Below, piece by piece: positions 18,065-28,905 of a DNA stretch of 64,000 nt. A program made the translations under genes and the position numbers. The stretch's first letter is position 1. Each line of letters begins with the position of its first letter. The notes under the pieces were generated by a model. The model worked only from the letters and a program-made list of their open reading frames with translations, was not told where the DNA came from and ran no database searches. Where the stretch lies: the NCBI GenBank assembly GCA_963662655.2, contig CAXXTU010000002.1, positions 3,584,001 to 3,648,000 of the forward strand. Reading direction: 5' to 3'. Source of the DNA: Candidatus Cloacimonadales bacterium (lineage in GTDB: Bacteria > Cloacimonadota > Cloacimonadia > Cloacimonadales > JAIOQZ01).

Positions 18065-20458
18065 ATGAGGCTCAGGGCAAAACTGACTTTCTCATATATC
18101 ATGATTGTTTCCCTGTCAATTCTCGTCATGGTGATGCTTGGGATTTTTATCATCGACAACATCATGTACCAGATGACACAGGAGACATTGAAGTTGCGTC
18201 TGACACAAATTATGGACAGGCTGAGAGACTACCAGGAGATTCTGGACGAGACAGGATTGAACGAAATGGAAGGTTTCATCGAGCAGGCGAAGTCGGAAGC
18301 GATCCTGGGAATGAACAATTACCGGTTTGGCGAAACGGGCAGGCTTTTTATGGTTGCTTCAAACCTTGAGATGAAAGTGCCGATCAATTTCAAAAACCAG
18401 AACCGGTTGGACCCCGAGTTTCTCAAAAGGTTATTATCCGAGAAGTCAGGCCTGATCGAAAGTCACGCACATTTTGGGTCGGACCGTTTCACCATGTATG
18501 ATACTTTCCAGCCCTGGAAGTGGCTGATCATGATTTCCATCGAACGCGACGAGATGTTCCAACAGAAAAGGATCTACCTGATACGAGTTTTGATGATCGC
18601 CGCAATGATCCTGTTGCTCGCTTTCTTTGCCTCGCGGACTTTATCGAAGAGGATTACGCAACGTATCTACAATCTTCTTGAGACCGTCAATCAAATAGGA
18701 AAAGGTAACCTGGATGTGAAGATCGATGTGGTCCCGGACAGCGATGAGATATTCATGCTCCAGACGGGAACAGCGAAAATGCTCGACCAGATCAAGCAGA
18801 GAACAAAAGATCGCGAATTGGCCGAGATTGCGCTCAAGGAATCCGAGCGACGGCTTTCGGATATAATCAACTTCCTTCCGGATCCCACCTTTGTTATCGA
18901 CCTGGATCATCGCGTGATTGCGTGGAACCGCGCGATTGAGAGGATGACGGATATCTCGGCAAACGATATACTTGGAAAAGCCGATTACGAATATGCGTTG
19001 CCATTTTATAACAAGCGTCGTCCGTTGCTTATCGATCAGGTTCTGAAATCTCGAAAGGATTTGCTTGAAGTATATAAGAATGCCTTCTGGCAGGATAACA
19101 CCCTGAATGCCGAGATGGTTTCCGATAAGCTCTATGCCGGGAAGAAAACCTATCTGATAGGCGCTGCGTGCGCGCTCTACGATTCCACGGGAAAGCTTGT
19201 CGGCGCGATTGAATCGATTAAAGATATCACCTCCAGGAAGACGATTGAATCCGAGAAAGAGAAATTATCCATGCAACTGCAACGCTCGCAGAAGATGGAG
19301 GCAATCGGAACGCTCGCCGGGGGGCTTGCGCACGATTTCAACAACGTTCTCGGGGGGATCAAAGGCACGGTGTCGCTCCTGAAATTCAATCTCGAGAATG
19401 GCCAGGAAGATTCGGAGAAATTCAACGAATACCTCGATCTGATCGATCATGCCTCCGATAGGGCCGTTGATATGGTGGAGCAATTGCTGATGCTTTCAAA
19501 GAAGCAGAAACTTACGCTGAAACCCGTCAACCTCAATCAATCGCTCGAGAGCATCGTGAAGATATGCCACAGCACGTTCGATAAATCCATCGATATCAAT
19601 GTCGAGTACTACCCGAAACCGGCCCTGACGATGGCCGATCCGACACAGATCGAGCAGGTATTGCTCAACCTGGCTGTAAACGCCTCCCACGCGATGACAT
19701 TGATGCGTAAAAAGAAAGAAAAGTACGGCGGAGAGTTTAATGTAAATATCAACCGCCAATTCCTGGACAAATTTTTCACGTTCTCGCACCCGGATGCAGA
19801 GGAAGGAGATTACTGGATTATCCGCATCAAGGACACCGGCGTTGGAATGGGACCGGATGTTTTGGCGAAAATCTTCGATCCATTCTTCACGACAAAGGAT
19901 CAGGCATACGGAACCGGACTTGGGATGGCGATGGTCTACAATATTATCATCAATCATCGCGGTTTTGTCGATGTCTATTCGGAGCTGGGAGTCGGGACGA
20001 CCTTCCTGGTTTATCTGCCTGTTCTCAAGGAAATTGCGACCACGGAGAAGGCGATCGCCACCAAGGCCGAACTTTCGAGGGGCAACGAGACGATTCTCGT
20101 GGTGGATGACGAAGAAATTATGCGGAACATTGCAGAGAAGATGCTCGTTGAATGCGGATATGGAGTGATTGTGGCTGAAAACGGCATAAAGGCAATCGAG
20201 ATATATACGGAGAAGCACGACGAGATCGATATAGTGATTCTCGATATGGCTATGCCCAAGCTTTCGGGTAAAGAGACTTACATCGAGCTCAAGAAGATCA
20301 ATCCTGACATCATGGTGCTGCTCGCATCAGGTTTCCGACAGGATGTTCGCATCGAGGAGACCCTCGGCCTGGGAGCGAATTCCTTTATCCAGAAGCCGTA
20401 TATCCTCAACGATCTCACGCACAGCATTCGCCAGTTACTGGACGATACGACGGTGTAG
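18065..20458 (+). CDS. Hybrid sensor histidine kinase (Cache-like, HAMP, PAS, HisKA, HATPase, receiver)
   Basis: Two TM helices, PAS (FLPDPTFVID), GGLAHDFNN, DTGVGM, FDPFFTTK, GTGLG, and receiver ILVVDDE/ILDMAMP. Confidence 0.92.
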   Translation: MRLRAKLTFSYIMIVSLSILVMVMLGIFIIDNIMYQMTQETLKLRLTQIMDRLRDYQEILDETGLNEMEGFIEQAKSEAILGMNNYRFGETGRLFMVASNLEMKVPINFKNQNRLDPEFLKRLLSEKSGLIESHAHFGSDRFTMYDTFQPWKWLIMISIERDEMFQQKRIYLIRVLMIAAMILLLAFFASRTLSKRITQRIYNLLETVNQIGKGNLDVKIDVVPDSDEIFMLQTGTAKMLDQIKQRTKDRELAEIALKESERRLSDIINFLPDPTFVIDLDHRVIAWNRAIERMTDISANDILGKADYEYALPFYNKRRPLLIDQVLKSRKDLLEVYKNAFWQDNTLNAEMVSDKLYAGKKTYLIGAACALYDSTGKLVGAIESIKDITSRKTIESEKEKLSMQLQRSQKMEAIGTLAGGLAHDFNNVLGGIKGTVSLLKFNLENGQEDSEKFNEYLDLIDHASDRAVDMVEQLLMLSKKQKLTLKPVNLNQSLESIVKICHSTFDKSIDINVEYYPKPALTMADPTQIEQVLLNLAVNASHAMTLMRKKKEKYGGEFNVNINRQFLDKFFTFSHPDAEEGDYWIIRIKDTGVGMGPDVLAKIFDPFFTTKDQAYGTGLGMAMVYNIIINHRGFVDVYSELGVGTTFLVYLPVLKEIATTEKAIATKAELSRGNETILVVDDEEIMRNIAEKMLVECGYGVIVAENGIKAIEIYTEKHDEIDIVILDMAMPKLSGKETYIELKKINPDIMVLLASGFRQDVRIEETLGLGANSFIQKPYILNDLTHSIRQLLDDTTV

Positions 20459-20650
20459 AAAAGCGTGATTCCGACAATTTGCGTTTGATATTTCGTAATT
20501 GCTTTATACATAGATAGATGCGGCGCCACATCAAGGCGAATGCTTATAAAAACTGTACGATAGCGAACATATTGGTTGACGTCTCCCAGCCACATTGCAA
20601 TAATCTGTACCGATACATACGACAAGAAATCAATCATGAAAGGAACAAAT

Positions 20651-22024
20651 ATGTCTGAGAAAATCGGTAAGATACTGGCCGTTGACGATAACGAAGATAT
20701 TCTGATATCGTTGAAACTCTTGCTCAAGCAGCACGTAGAGCTGGTCCACACGGAGAAGGATCCTCAGAAAATCCCGGAATTGCTCAAGGATACCCACTAC
20801 GATGTAATCCTGCTCGACATGAACTTCTCGTCCGATATGATCAGCGGGAAGGAAGGCTTCTTCTGGCTTCAGCGGATACTGGAGATCGATCCGGACGCGG
20901 TGGTTATTTTCATCACGGCCTTCGGCGACGTTGAAAAAGCGGTACGGGCAGTTCATTCGGGCGCTACCGATTTTGTACTGAAGCCCTGGCAGAATGAAAA
21001 GCTGATCGCGACGGTGAATAGCGGCGTTATTCTGAGACGCTCGAAAAGCGAAGCCTTTGCTCTTCGTGAACGCCAGCAGGGACTCAGCGACGCGTATGAC
21101 CAGCCTTTCCACGATTTCATCGGCGTTTCGGAGGAGATGCAACGGGTTTTCAAGACCATCAAGAAGGTCGCCAAAACCGACGCTAGCGTCCTGATTCTGG
21201 GTGAGAACGGAACCGGGAAAGAGCTTGTCGCCCGAGCGCTGCACAGGAATTCAAACAGAAAGGGGAATTTCCTGAGCGTGGACCTCGGTTCCATCAGCGA
21301 AACGCTTTTCGAAAGCGAGCTTTTTGGTCACGTGAAGGGCGCTTACACCGACGCGAAGAAGGATCGCCCCGGGCGATTCGAGATAGCGTCGGGCGGAACG
21401 CTGTTCCTGGATGAGATCGGAAACCTCTCGTTGCCGCTTCAAGCGAAGCTTCTTACCGTGATCGAAAAGGGTGAGGTGATCCGCGTGGGCTCGAACAAGC
21501 ACATACCGGTGGATGTCAGGCTCATCTGCGCAACCAACATACCGGTGCATCAGCTCAGCAAGGAGAAGAAATTTCGTCAGGACCTCCTGTATCGCATCAA
21601 CACCATCGAGATCCATTTACCGCCGCTGAGAGAGCGTGTCGAAGACATCTCGCTACTGGCGAACCACTTCCTGCAACGGCTGGTGAAGAAATATGGCAAA
21701 TCCGTGTCCGGAATCTCGAAGAGCGCGATGAAGAAGCTGGAGATGTACAACTGGCCCGGCAATGTCCGCGAACTCCAGCACGCGATCGAACGCGCGATCA
21801 TCCTCAGCGAATCGAGCTATCTGGAGCCCGGAGATTTCCTGCTTTCCGCAAGCAGCAAGGGAACCGAGGAGTTCGTGATCGAGACCTACAATCTGGAAGA
21901 GGTCGAGAAAAAGACGATCGAAAAGGTGATCCGTAAATACAAAGGCAATATCACGCAGGCAGCCCGTGAACTGGGCCTGACCCGTACATCGCTTTATAGA
22001 AGGCTCGAGAAATACGGACTATGA
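20651..22024 (+). CDS. Sigma-54-dependent response regulator (NtrC family)
   Basis: Receiver, GENGTGKE Walker A, FGHVKGAYTDA, LFLDEIG, WPGNVREL and Fis HTH. Confidence 0.93.
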   Translation: MSEKIGKILAVDDNEDILISLKLLLKQHVELVHTEKDPQKIPELLKDTHYDVILLDMNFSSDMISGKEGFFWLQRILEIDPDAVVIFITAFGDVEKAVRAVHSGATDFVLKPWQNEKLIATVNSGVILRRSKSEAFALRERQQGLSDAYDQPFHDFIGVSEEMQRVFKTIKKVAKTDASVLILGENGTGKELVARALHRNSNRKGNFLSVDLGSISETLFESELFGHVKGAYTDAKKDRPGRFEIASGGTLFLDEIGNLSLPLQAKLLTVIEKGEVIRVGSNKHIPVDVRLICATNIPVHQLSKEKKFRQDLLYRINTIEIHLPPLRERVEDISLLANHFLQRLVKKYGKSVSGISKSAMKKLEMYNWPGNVRELQHAIERAIILSESSYLEPGDFLLSASSKGTEEFVIETYNLEEVEKKTIEKVIRKYKGNITQAARELGLTRTSLYRRLEKYGL

Positions 22025-23373
22025 ACCTGAAAAGATTCCGGCTGCAGTGCATCTTCCGCGTTGTGCTGCTTACCGTGACGATATTTCTCTTTTTCTACTT
22101 CTTCGACCGGAGCATTCCCATCGGGATCAAAATCCTGATCGGAATGACCATCGTTTTGCAGACCGTTCTGTTGATCTCGTACGTCGAGCGTACCAACAGA
22201 ATGCTGACGACCTTCCTCAATTCGATCCGTTACTCGGAGTTCAGCAGCAGTTTCGAAGTCAAGGGACTCGGCTCCTCCTTCGATGTGCTCAAGAATTCGT
22301 TCAACAACGTGATCAACGACTTCCAGCGCATCAGCACCGAGCGCGAGGTGCATTACCACTACCTGAAAAACGTGGTGGAACACGTGGGCGTAGCGCTGAT
22401 CGCGTTTCGCTCCAACGGTGATGTCGAAATCTGCAACAAGGCCGCGAAGCGCCTCTTCCGGATGGACCACATCAAGAGCATCGATAGCTTGAGCGGATAC
22501 AATCCGAAACTCTACGAAAAGCTGATCACGCTTCGCTCCGGCGAAAGGGCGATGGTCAAGATCCAGCGCCATGAAGACCTCTTGCAGCTTGCGATGTACG
22601 CGACGGAGTTCAAGCTGCAAGACCGCACCATGATTCTCGTATCGATCCAGAATATCCAGAGCGAGCTCGAGGAACAGGAGCTTGAAGCATGGCAGAAGCT
22701 CATCCGGGTGCTCACGCACGAGATCATGAATTCCATTACACCCATCGCGTCGCTCTCCTCGACGATCAAGAAGATGCTGGAGGAAGTGCACGAAAGCAAT
22801 GAGGAGAATGTCCTTTGCGAGGAGACGTTCGGGGATATCAACAGCGCGGTCAACACCATCGAGCGGCGCAGCTCCGGACTGATCCGGTTTGTGGAATCCT
22901 ACCGTAACCTCACGCGCATCCCGAAGCCCAACTTCACGATTTTCCCGATCGAGAGCCTTTTCGACAACCTCCGCAACCTCTTCACGGAAGAGTTGCACGA
23001 AGCGGGGATCGAGTTCGAGATGAAAATCGTGCCGCAAGCCATCGATCTGACCGCGGACGAGAGCATGGTCGAGCAGATTCTCATCAACCTCATCCAGAAC
23101 GCCAAGCACGCATTGCGCGATAAGGATCAAGGGAAGATTGCCCTCAGCGCATTCATCGGTTCGAACGGAAAGCCGGTGATTCAGGTGTGGGACAACGGGC
23201 TCGGGATTCTCGAAGATGTCATCGACAAGATTTTCATTCCCTTCTTCACGACAAAGCCGTCCGGAACCGGTATCGGACTCGCCCTGGCCCGTCAGATGAT
23301 GCGCCTGCACGGCGGAACGATCAGCGCGCGTTCCGAGCTTGGCAAGGAAACGGCGTTTACATTACGGTTCTAA
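22021..23373 (+). CDS. Sensor histidine kinase (PAS, NtrY-like)
   Basis: Two TM helices, LTHEIMNSITPI, DNGLG, FIPFFTTK, GTGIGL; ATGA overlap with the regulator. Confidence 0.92.
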   Translation: MNLKRFRLQCIFRVVLLTVTIFLFFYFFDRSIPIGIKILIGMTIVLQTVLLISYVERTNRMLTTFLNSIRYSEFSSSFEVKGLGSSFDVLKNSFNNVINDFQRISTEREVHYHYLKNVVEHVGVALIAFRSNGDVEICNKAAKRLFRMDHIKSIDSLSGYNPKLYEKLITLRSGERAMVKIQRHEDLLQLAMYATEFKLQDRTMILVSIQNIQSELEEQELEAWQKLIRVLTHEIMNSITPIASLSSTIKKMLEEVHESNEENVLCEETFGDINSAVNTIERRSSGLIRFVESYRNLTRIPKPNFTIFPIESLFDNLRNLFTEELHEAGIEFEMKIVPQAIDLTADESMVEQILINLIQNAKHALRDKDQGKIALSAFIGSNGKPVIQVWDNGLGILEDVIDKIFIPFFTTKPSGTGIGLALARQMMRLHGGTISARSELGKETAFTLRF

Positions 23374-23606
23374 TGCATTCAAGGTAGTTTACTAACATTT
23401 ATCGTGTCTCATCATCCGTGTCGGGGATACCCATTCCTTGCTTTCAATAACAATAACTGAATAATCCTCAGTGCCGTACCTTAATGATTTATAGTAATTT
23501 ATGTGCGGAAATTCTAACATTTCTACGTATTTTTATATTGCGTAACGGAAGTATGTGCATACCTTCTCGATAAGAATCTACGATACGAACAACCATGGAG
23601 GTATTC

Positions 23607-24026
23607 ATGATAGCAAAAAACAAGGCAGCTTTAGCGCTGGTACTATTATTGTTCTCTGCTGTATTATCGGCAAAGATGGTGATAATCGTAAACAGTAACG
23701 CAGAGATAAGTCAGCTCCCCAAAAGTGTTGCGAAGGGCATCTTCACCGGTGACATCAAGACGTTGAAGGGGATGGACGATATGATCGTTTGCTTGCAGGA
23801 GGACAACGCGTCCCACGAGGCGTTTTTATCAGAATTTCTCGGTATGACCGGTTCGCAGTTCGAGCAGCTTTGGCAGAAACTGATTTTTACCGGAAAAGCC
23901 ATGGAGCCTGAGAAATTTTCGAGCGATGCAGAAGTGATCAAGTATGTCATCGACAACCCCGGAGCGATCGGTTACATCAATGTCGAATCTCTGGACAATC
24001 GCGTTAAAGCTTTACTGGTTAAGTAG
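23607..24026 (+). CDS. Small periplasmic-binding-protein-like (PstS-like fold) protein
   Basis: GGAGG RBS, signal peptide, VIIVN...W..LIFTGK..P...V...PGAIGYI family pattern. Confidence 0.7.
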   Translation: MIAKNKAALALVLLLFSAVLSAKMVIIVNSNAEISQLPKSVAKGIFTGDIKTLKGMDDMIVCLQEDNASHEAFLSEFLGMTGSQFEQLWQKLIFTGKAMEPEKFSSDAEVIKYVIDNPGAIGYINVESLDNRVKALLVK

Positions 24027-24034
24027 GAGGAAAC

Positions 24035-25237
24035 ATGAGAACTAGAACATACATATTGTTAATCGTACTCGTTGTTGGATCGATCGCAATGCTGAATGCA
24101 TCACAGAAAGTGGATTTTCACGGATTCGCCTCCCAGGGCTACCTGTACTCTTCGGATAACAATTATCTGGCGAAGACAAGTGATGGAACCTTTGATTTTA
24201 ACGAGTTTGCACTGAATGCCTCCGCTCGCCTGACCAGAAGACTTCACCTCGGCCTCCAGTTCGCCGCCCGTGATATGGGTGATGTAGGAAACAACGCGGT
24301 TTACCTCGATTGGGCCTTCGCAGACTATCAGTATAGTCAATACATTGGGCTACGCGCCGGTAAAGCGAAAACCTCAGTCGGGTTGCTGGCCGATTACTGG
24401 GACATCGACGCGGTGCGCACGAACATCTATCTCCCGCTTGGTGTGTATCCGGAGAATTTCCGCGATGTGAACATGACCAACAGGGGTTTCGGCTTCTACG
24501 GCAGTAGCGGGTTGGATATCTTGGGTAGCGTGCAATACAACGCGATGATCGGTACAGACAACGTGAGTACGGACGGTCCGTTTGCCCGTTGGATCGCAAG
24601 CCGCAAGAACATGGAGATGGAGTCGCTGGACGCAGAGTACAAATTCAACGGTAGCCTGACTTGGGAAACGCCGTTGGATGGTCTGCTTCTCAAGGGCAGT
24701 ATTATCGATTCCAAGTTTTCGCTCGGCCTCTACAGCCCTCAGAACAACATGACAATCGATCAGGATACGCACTCGACGAGCTATATCGGTTCGGTCCAAT
24801 TTACATATAAGAATCTGGAGGTGTCCGGAGAGTACTTGATGATCGACATCCATCAGGAATACCCCGACCTGCCGCTGCCGGATTCGGATTCAAAGATCGA
24901 AGGCTATTATGGGAAAATCGATTATCGATTCAACGACTGGTTGCAGGCTGGCACCTACTACACGGTTTATTATCCCGATGCCGACGACAAGGACGGTGAA
25001 GACCTTTCCGCCGATCCCACATCTGCCGGATACCGTCCGGACTACTGGGCATGGCAGAAGGACCTTTGCCTCACGCTTCGTTTCGACCCGATGCCCGGCT
25101 GGATTGTCAAGCTGGAGGGCCACATGATGAATGGCTGCGCGAGCATGCTCGCCATGGATCAGGAGGATACCGCCGACATGACGAAAACGGAAGAAGACTG
25201 GTATCTGCTCGCCGCCAAACTCACCTACATTTTCTAG
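24035..25237 (+). CDS. Putative porin / outer-membrane beta-barrel
   Basis: Signal peptide, FHGFASQGY, LDWAFADY, amphipathic strands and a terminal Phe. Confidence 0.7.
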   Translation: MRTRTYILLIVLVVGSIAMLNASQKVDFHGFASQGYLYSSDNNYLAKTSDGTFDFNEFALNASARLTRRLHLGLQFAARDMGDVGNNAVYLDWAFADYQYSQYIGLRAGKAKTSVGLLADYWDIDAVRTNIYLPLGVYPENFRDVNMTNRGFGFYGSSGLDILGSVQYNAMIGTDNVSTDGPFARWIASRKNMEMESLDAEYKFNGSLTWETPLDGLLLKGSIIDSKFSLGLYSPQNNMTIDQDTHSTSYIGSVQFTYKNLEVSGEYLMIDIHQEYPDLPLPDSDSKIEGYYGKIDYRFNDWLQAGTYYTVYYPDADDKDGEDLSADPTSAGYRPDYWAWQKDLCLTLRFDPMPGWIVKLEGHMMNGCASMLAMDQEDTADMTKTEEDWYLLAAKLTYIF

Positions 25238-25256
25238 CCGACAATCGAACTTTGAA

Positions 25257-25288
25257 AAGCCCTCGCAATTTGTGGGGGCTTCTTTTTT
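25257..25288 (+). terminator. Rho-independent terminator
   Basis: AAGCCCTCGCA / TGTGGGGGCTT stem plus T-tract. Confidence 0.65.
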
Positions 25289-25393
25289 CTAATCGAACAA
25301 ATACTCACTAGCTTCAGTGAATTACAAAAGAATGGACATTTTTCACAAAATACACGATACTGGAGATCAGTTATTTTTATCGAGGAGGATTTC

Positions 25394-27454
25394 GTGACAA
25401 AGGTAAATCGTTTGGTATTTTCGATAGTGTGTTTCATTGTTGTATTTCCTTTATTTTTAACGGCATATACTGATGCCGAGCTTGTACAAACATTCCAGGA
25501 TCAAGATGGCAATTCAATCGATAGGGTACTCGTCCCCGGGCGTCCACCCGCTGATTACCGTGTGCCGGCCGTCGAATTACCGGAACCGGGTTCGCGCGAG
25601 GGAATAAAAATATTATCCCATATGCCAGCATTCAACTGGTGCTATGGTTGTTCGGCAACCTCGGCGGCAATGATTGCAGGATATTATGACAACCACGGAT
25701 ATGATAACATGTATAGCGGCCCCGCCAACGGTGGCATCGTTCCGATGGACAATTCGGTCTGGGGATATGGTGAATGCCCCTTGAGTGCGACCCATCAGGG
25801 CTTTGACGGCTTGACGGCACGAGGTCATGTTGACGACTATTGGTATAATTACGATTCAACGATCGATCCGTACTACGGTCACTGGACCCAGCACGGTTAC
25901 GCCGATTGCACGGCGGATTTCATGGGTACGAATCAGTATCAAAATTACGGGAATACAGATGGTTTGACCATGTTCTACTATTATTCAAACGGTAACCGGT
26001 TATATGATTATTCAGGATGTGAGCCTTCCGATAAAGACGGCTGCCACGGCCTGAGGGAATTTTTCGAATCCAGAGGTTACTCGATGGGCAGTTATGCCAA
26101 CTACAATCAGTACATCTATGGACACAATGGGAATACCGCCGGTTTTACATTCAGTAATTTCATGGAGGAAATCGATGCAGGCCGTCCGGTTCTGATTCAT
26201 ATAACCGGGCACACCATGGTTGGCTTCGGATATAACGAGACGGAAGAGCTTGTATATATCCACGATACATGGGATCACGATAATCACACTATGACTTGGG
26301 GAGGACAGTACTGTGGGTCGCAACATATAGCGGTGTCGGCATTCATTCTCGATCCGATCCCCGGAATCGTCGAGCCGGATGTTCCCGGAAACACGATGAT
26401 CGAAACGCAGGGAGGCAACATTGTCCTCAGTTGGGACGACAGTGGCGCGGACGCGTATCATGTGTACGCCTCGGAGAGAATCGATTTCTCCTCTCCGATT
26501 CTGATGACAAATCAGGGCACATTCTCCTCAAATGGTGGCCGGATATCCTGGACGACCTCCGCGGCGATCTCCGAGCGCCTCTTTTTCCGCGTTACAGCGG
26601 AGAATCTGGAAGGAATACAAGAAGATTTTGTGTATGTTCCTGCCGGATCATTTCAGATGGGACGAACAGGAGTCGCCGTACCGGTGCATACCGTCAATCT
26701 GGACGCCTTCTATGTCGGGAAATGCGAGGTGACGCATCAACAGGTGATCGATGTGTATAATTGGGCTTACCAGCATGGTTATATCAGTTGCAGCACGAGC
26801 ACGGTGACAAACACCCAGGGTATTCAAAAGGAATTGCTAGATTTGAATGATAGCAGTTGCGCGATTGATTGGAGTGGCGGTCAATTGGTATTCAATGATA
26901 ATTCCTACGTGTCCAGTACGCAATGCCCCTGCATCAGGATTACCTGGTACGGCGCGCTTGCTTATTGCAATTTCCTGAGCTTGTACGAAGGCTTGACCCC
27001 TTGCTACAATATGTCTAATTGGAGTTGCAACTGGAATGCAAACGGCTATCGTTTGCCCACGGAAGCCGAGTGGGAGTACAGCGCACGCGGAGCGACGAAT
27101 AATCCGGATTATACCTATGCCGGGAATAACAATATCAATTATGTGGCGTGGTATTCGTCAAACTCGAGCAGCCAGACTCACCCCGTAGGACAATTACTTG
27201 AGAATGGAATAGGGACATTCGATCAAAGTGGAAATGTTTATGAATGGGTCTGGGACTGGTGGAGTAGCGATTACTATAGCAATTCCCCCACGAACAATCC
27301 CACAGGACCCTCATCTGGCACACAACGGATTGTCCGGGGTGGTTGTTGGGAATTCAACTCATCGAATTGCGATGTTGCTTATCGTAATAGTCGTGGAGAG
27401 CCAGAATATAGCGAGAGAAAAGTGGGATTCCGTATTGTGCGAAACGCGGAATAG
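25394..27454 (+). CDS. Secreted papain-fold (C39/C10-like) peptidase + FN3-like + FGE-sulfatase (SUMF1/CLec) domain protein
   Basis: GAGGAGG RBS and GTG start; WCYGCSATSAAM (Cys), GHTMVGFGY (His); YRLPTEAEWEY, DQSGNVYEW, RGG.W and GFRIVR. Confidence 0.8.
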   Translation: MTKVNRLVFSIVCFIVVFPLFLTAYTDAELVQTFQDQDGNSIDRVLVPGRPPADYRVPAVELPEPGSREGIKILSHMPAFNWCYGCSATSAAMIAGYYDNHGYDNMYSGPANGGIVPMDNSVWGYGECPLSATHQGFDGLTARGHVDDYWYNYDSTIDPYYGHWTQHGYADCTADFMGTNQYQNYGNTDGLTMFYYYSNGNRLYDYSGCEPSDKDGCHGLREFFESRGYSMGSYANYNQYIYGHNGNTAGFTFSNFMEEIDAGRPVLIHITGHTMVGFGYNETEELVYIHDTWDHDNHTMTWGGQYCGSQHIAVSAFILDPIPGIVEPDVPGNTMIETQGGNIVLSWDDSGADAYHVYASERIDFSSPILMTNQGTFSSNGGRISWTTSAAISERLFFRVTAENLEGIQEDFVYVPAGSFQMGRTGVAVPVHTVNLDAFYVGKCEVTHQQVIDVYNWAYQHGYISCSTSTVTNTQGIQKELLDLNDSSCAIDWSGGQLVFNDNSYVSSTQCPCIRITWYGALAYCNFLSLYEGLTPCYNMSNWSCNWNANGYRLPTEAEWEYSARGATNNPDYTYAGNNNINYVAWYSSNSSSQTHPVGQLLENGIGTFDQSGNVYEWVWDWWSSDYYSNSPTNNPTGPSSGTQRIVRGGCWEFNSSNCDVAYRNSRGEPEYSERKVGFRIVRNAE

Positions 27455-27475
27455 CGATTCCTGTGTATAAATCTT

Positions 27476-27545
27476 TACCCCGTGTGGAGCGCCATGCGGG
27501 GTATTTCTTTATAGAAAAAAAAGCCGGAAACCAGGGGTCTCCGGC
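27476..27545. terminator. Two back-to-back terminators between convergent genes
   Basis: TACCCCGTGTGG / CCATGCGGGGTA plus T-tract (+ strand), and an A-tract plus GCCGGA...TCCGGC (- strand). Confidence 0.6.
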
Positions 27546-27569
27546 GTCTATGCGATATAGGATAAAACC

Positions 27570-28670
27570 TTAGATAATAAACTTCCCGTCTTTGTAGATC
27601 AGCTCGTCGTCCGCATATATCTCTCCGCCGTCCTTCATATCGCAGAGCATGTCCCAGTGGATTGCGGAATCGTTCTTGCCGAGCGAGCTCGCGATGGAGC
27701 GACCGACCGCCAGATGAACGGTACCGCCGATCTTCTCGTCGAACAGCATGTTGCGAGTAAAGCGCTGGATGTTGTAGTTGGTCCCGACAGCGATCTCGCC
27801 GACGAACCGTGCGCCGGGATCGGTATCCAGGAGCTGGAGCAGCAGGTCTTCGCCCTGAGCTGCCGTGGCCATTACCACCTTGCCTTTCTCGAAGGTGAGG
27901 CGGATGTCTTCGATGGCCCGGCCACCGAAGATGCCCGGGAAGCTGAACCGGATGTGGCCTTCCACGGTGTCCTCGATCGGTCCCGTAAAGACTTCACCGT
28001 CGGGGAAATTCACCCGACCGCTGCAATTGACCCACTTACGGCCTTCGATACGCATGCGGAGATCGGTGTCTTTCGACTTGATGTGCAGCGTCTTTTTGGT
28101 GTCCATGATCTTGCAGATGCGTTCCTGCTGGGCGTCCACCTCTTTCCACAGCGCGATCGGATCGTCCTCGAGCAGCTTGCAGGCGTTGAACACGAATTCC
28201 TCGTAGTCGGTGATCGACATGCTGGCTTCCTGCGCGTTTCCGAGCGTTGGGTAGAGCGTGCCGCACCAGCGTAGCGTGCCTTCCTGCATGCGTTTGAAGT
28301 AGATGTTAGTGAGGGGACTTCTCGCCCTGCTGGAGAGGCGCATGCGGTCTGCGGGGATGTTGCTCATGTTGCGAGTGTTGGAGGTGCCCATCACGGTGAT
28401 CATGGCATCGACGCTCTCGTAGAGTGTCTTGATGTGCGGTTGAATGAACTCGAGCTGTTCGTCGCTGGAAAGCTTCATAGCAAGCTCGCTGATGGTGCCG
28501 TCGCCGATCATCGTGGTGGGATGTCCGCCCAGTTCCAGCGCGACAGCGTAGCACTCGCGGATGAGGGGCAGGGTCGCCACTTCACCGGAGATAAGAATCG
28601 ATTCGCCCTTCTTCAGGTCGATGGAATATTTAAGTAAAACTTCAGCGTGTTTTCTCAGGATTGGATTCAT
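27570..28670 (-). CDS. Aminopeptidase, M29 (thermophilic metalloprotease / AmpS-like)
   Basis: NFPDGEVFTGP, GEIAVGTN, LFDEKIGGTVHLAVG, SAIHWDML. Confidence 0.92.
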   Translation of the reverse strand: MNPILRKHAEVLLKYSIDLKKGESILISGEVATLPLIRECYAVALELGGHPTTMIGDGTISELAMKLSSDEQLEFIQPHIKTLYESVDAMITVMGTSNTRNMSNIPADRMRLSSRARSPLTNIYFKRMQEGTLRWCGTLYPTLGNAQEASMSITDYEEFVFNACKLLEDDPIALWKEVDAQQERICKIMDTKKTLHIKSKDTDLRMRIEGRKWVNCSGRVNFPDGEVFTGPIEDTVEGHIRFSFPGIFGGRAIEDIRLTFEKGKVVMATAAQGEDLLLQLLDTDPGARFVGEIAVGTNYNIQRFTRNMLFDEKIGGTVHLAVGRSIASSLGKNDSAIHWDMLCDMKDGGEIYADDELIYKDGKFII

Positions 28671-28899
28671 GTATGTCCTCCTTGTGTGTCTCTGGGGCAG
28701 GCGCTTTCGATTTCATGTATTTTTCCCAGACAGGGAACAACAGAAGATACCCCACTACAGCGCCAAATACAACGACTGACCAGACGTTCGATGTGATCGG
28801 GCAGCCACCGGTTCGGCACCCGATGAAGCGATAGTAGAGGTATCCGGCGACACCCCCGATCGCGAGCGTAATCAGGATGCCGGAAATCGTTTTCAGCAT
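28642..28899 (-). CDS. Small membrane protein (DUF6132-like)
   Basis: GYLYYRFIGCRTGGCPITSN motif between two TM helices. Confidence 0.75.
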   Translation of the reverse strand: MLKTISGILITLAIGGVAGYLYYRFIGCRTGGCPITSNVWSVVVFGAVVGYLLLFPVWEKYMKSKAPAPETHKEDIHESNPEKTR

Positions 28900-28905
28900 C
28901 TTGTT

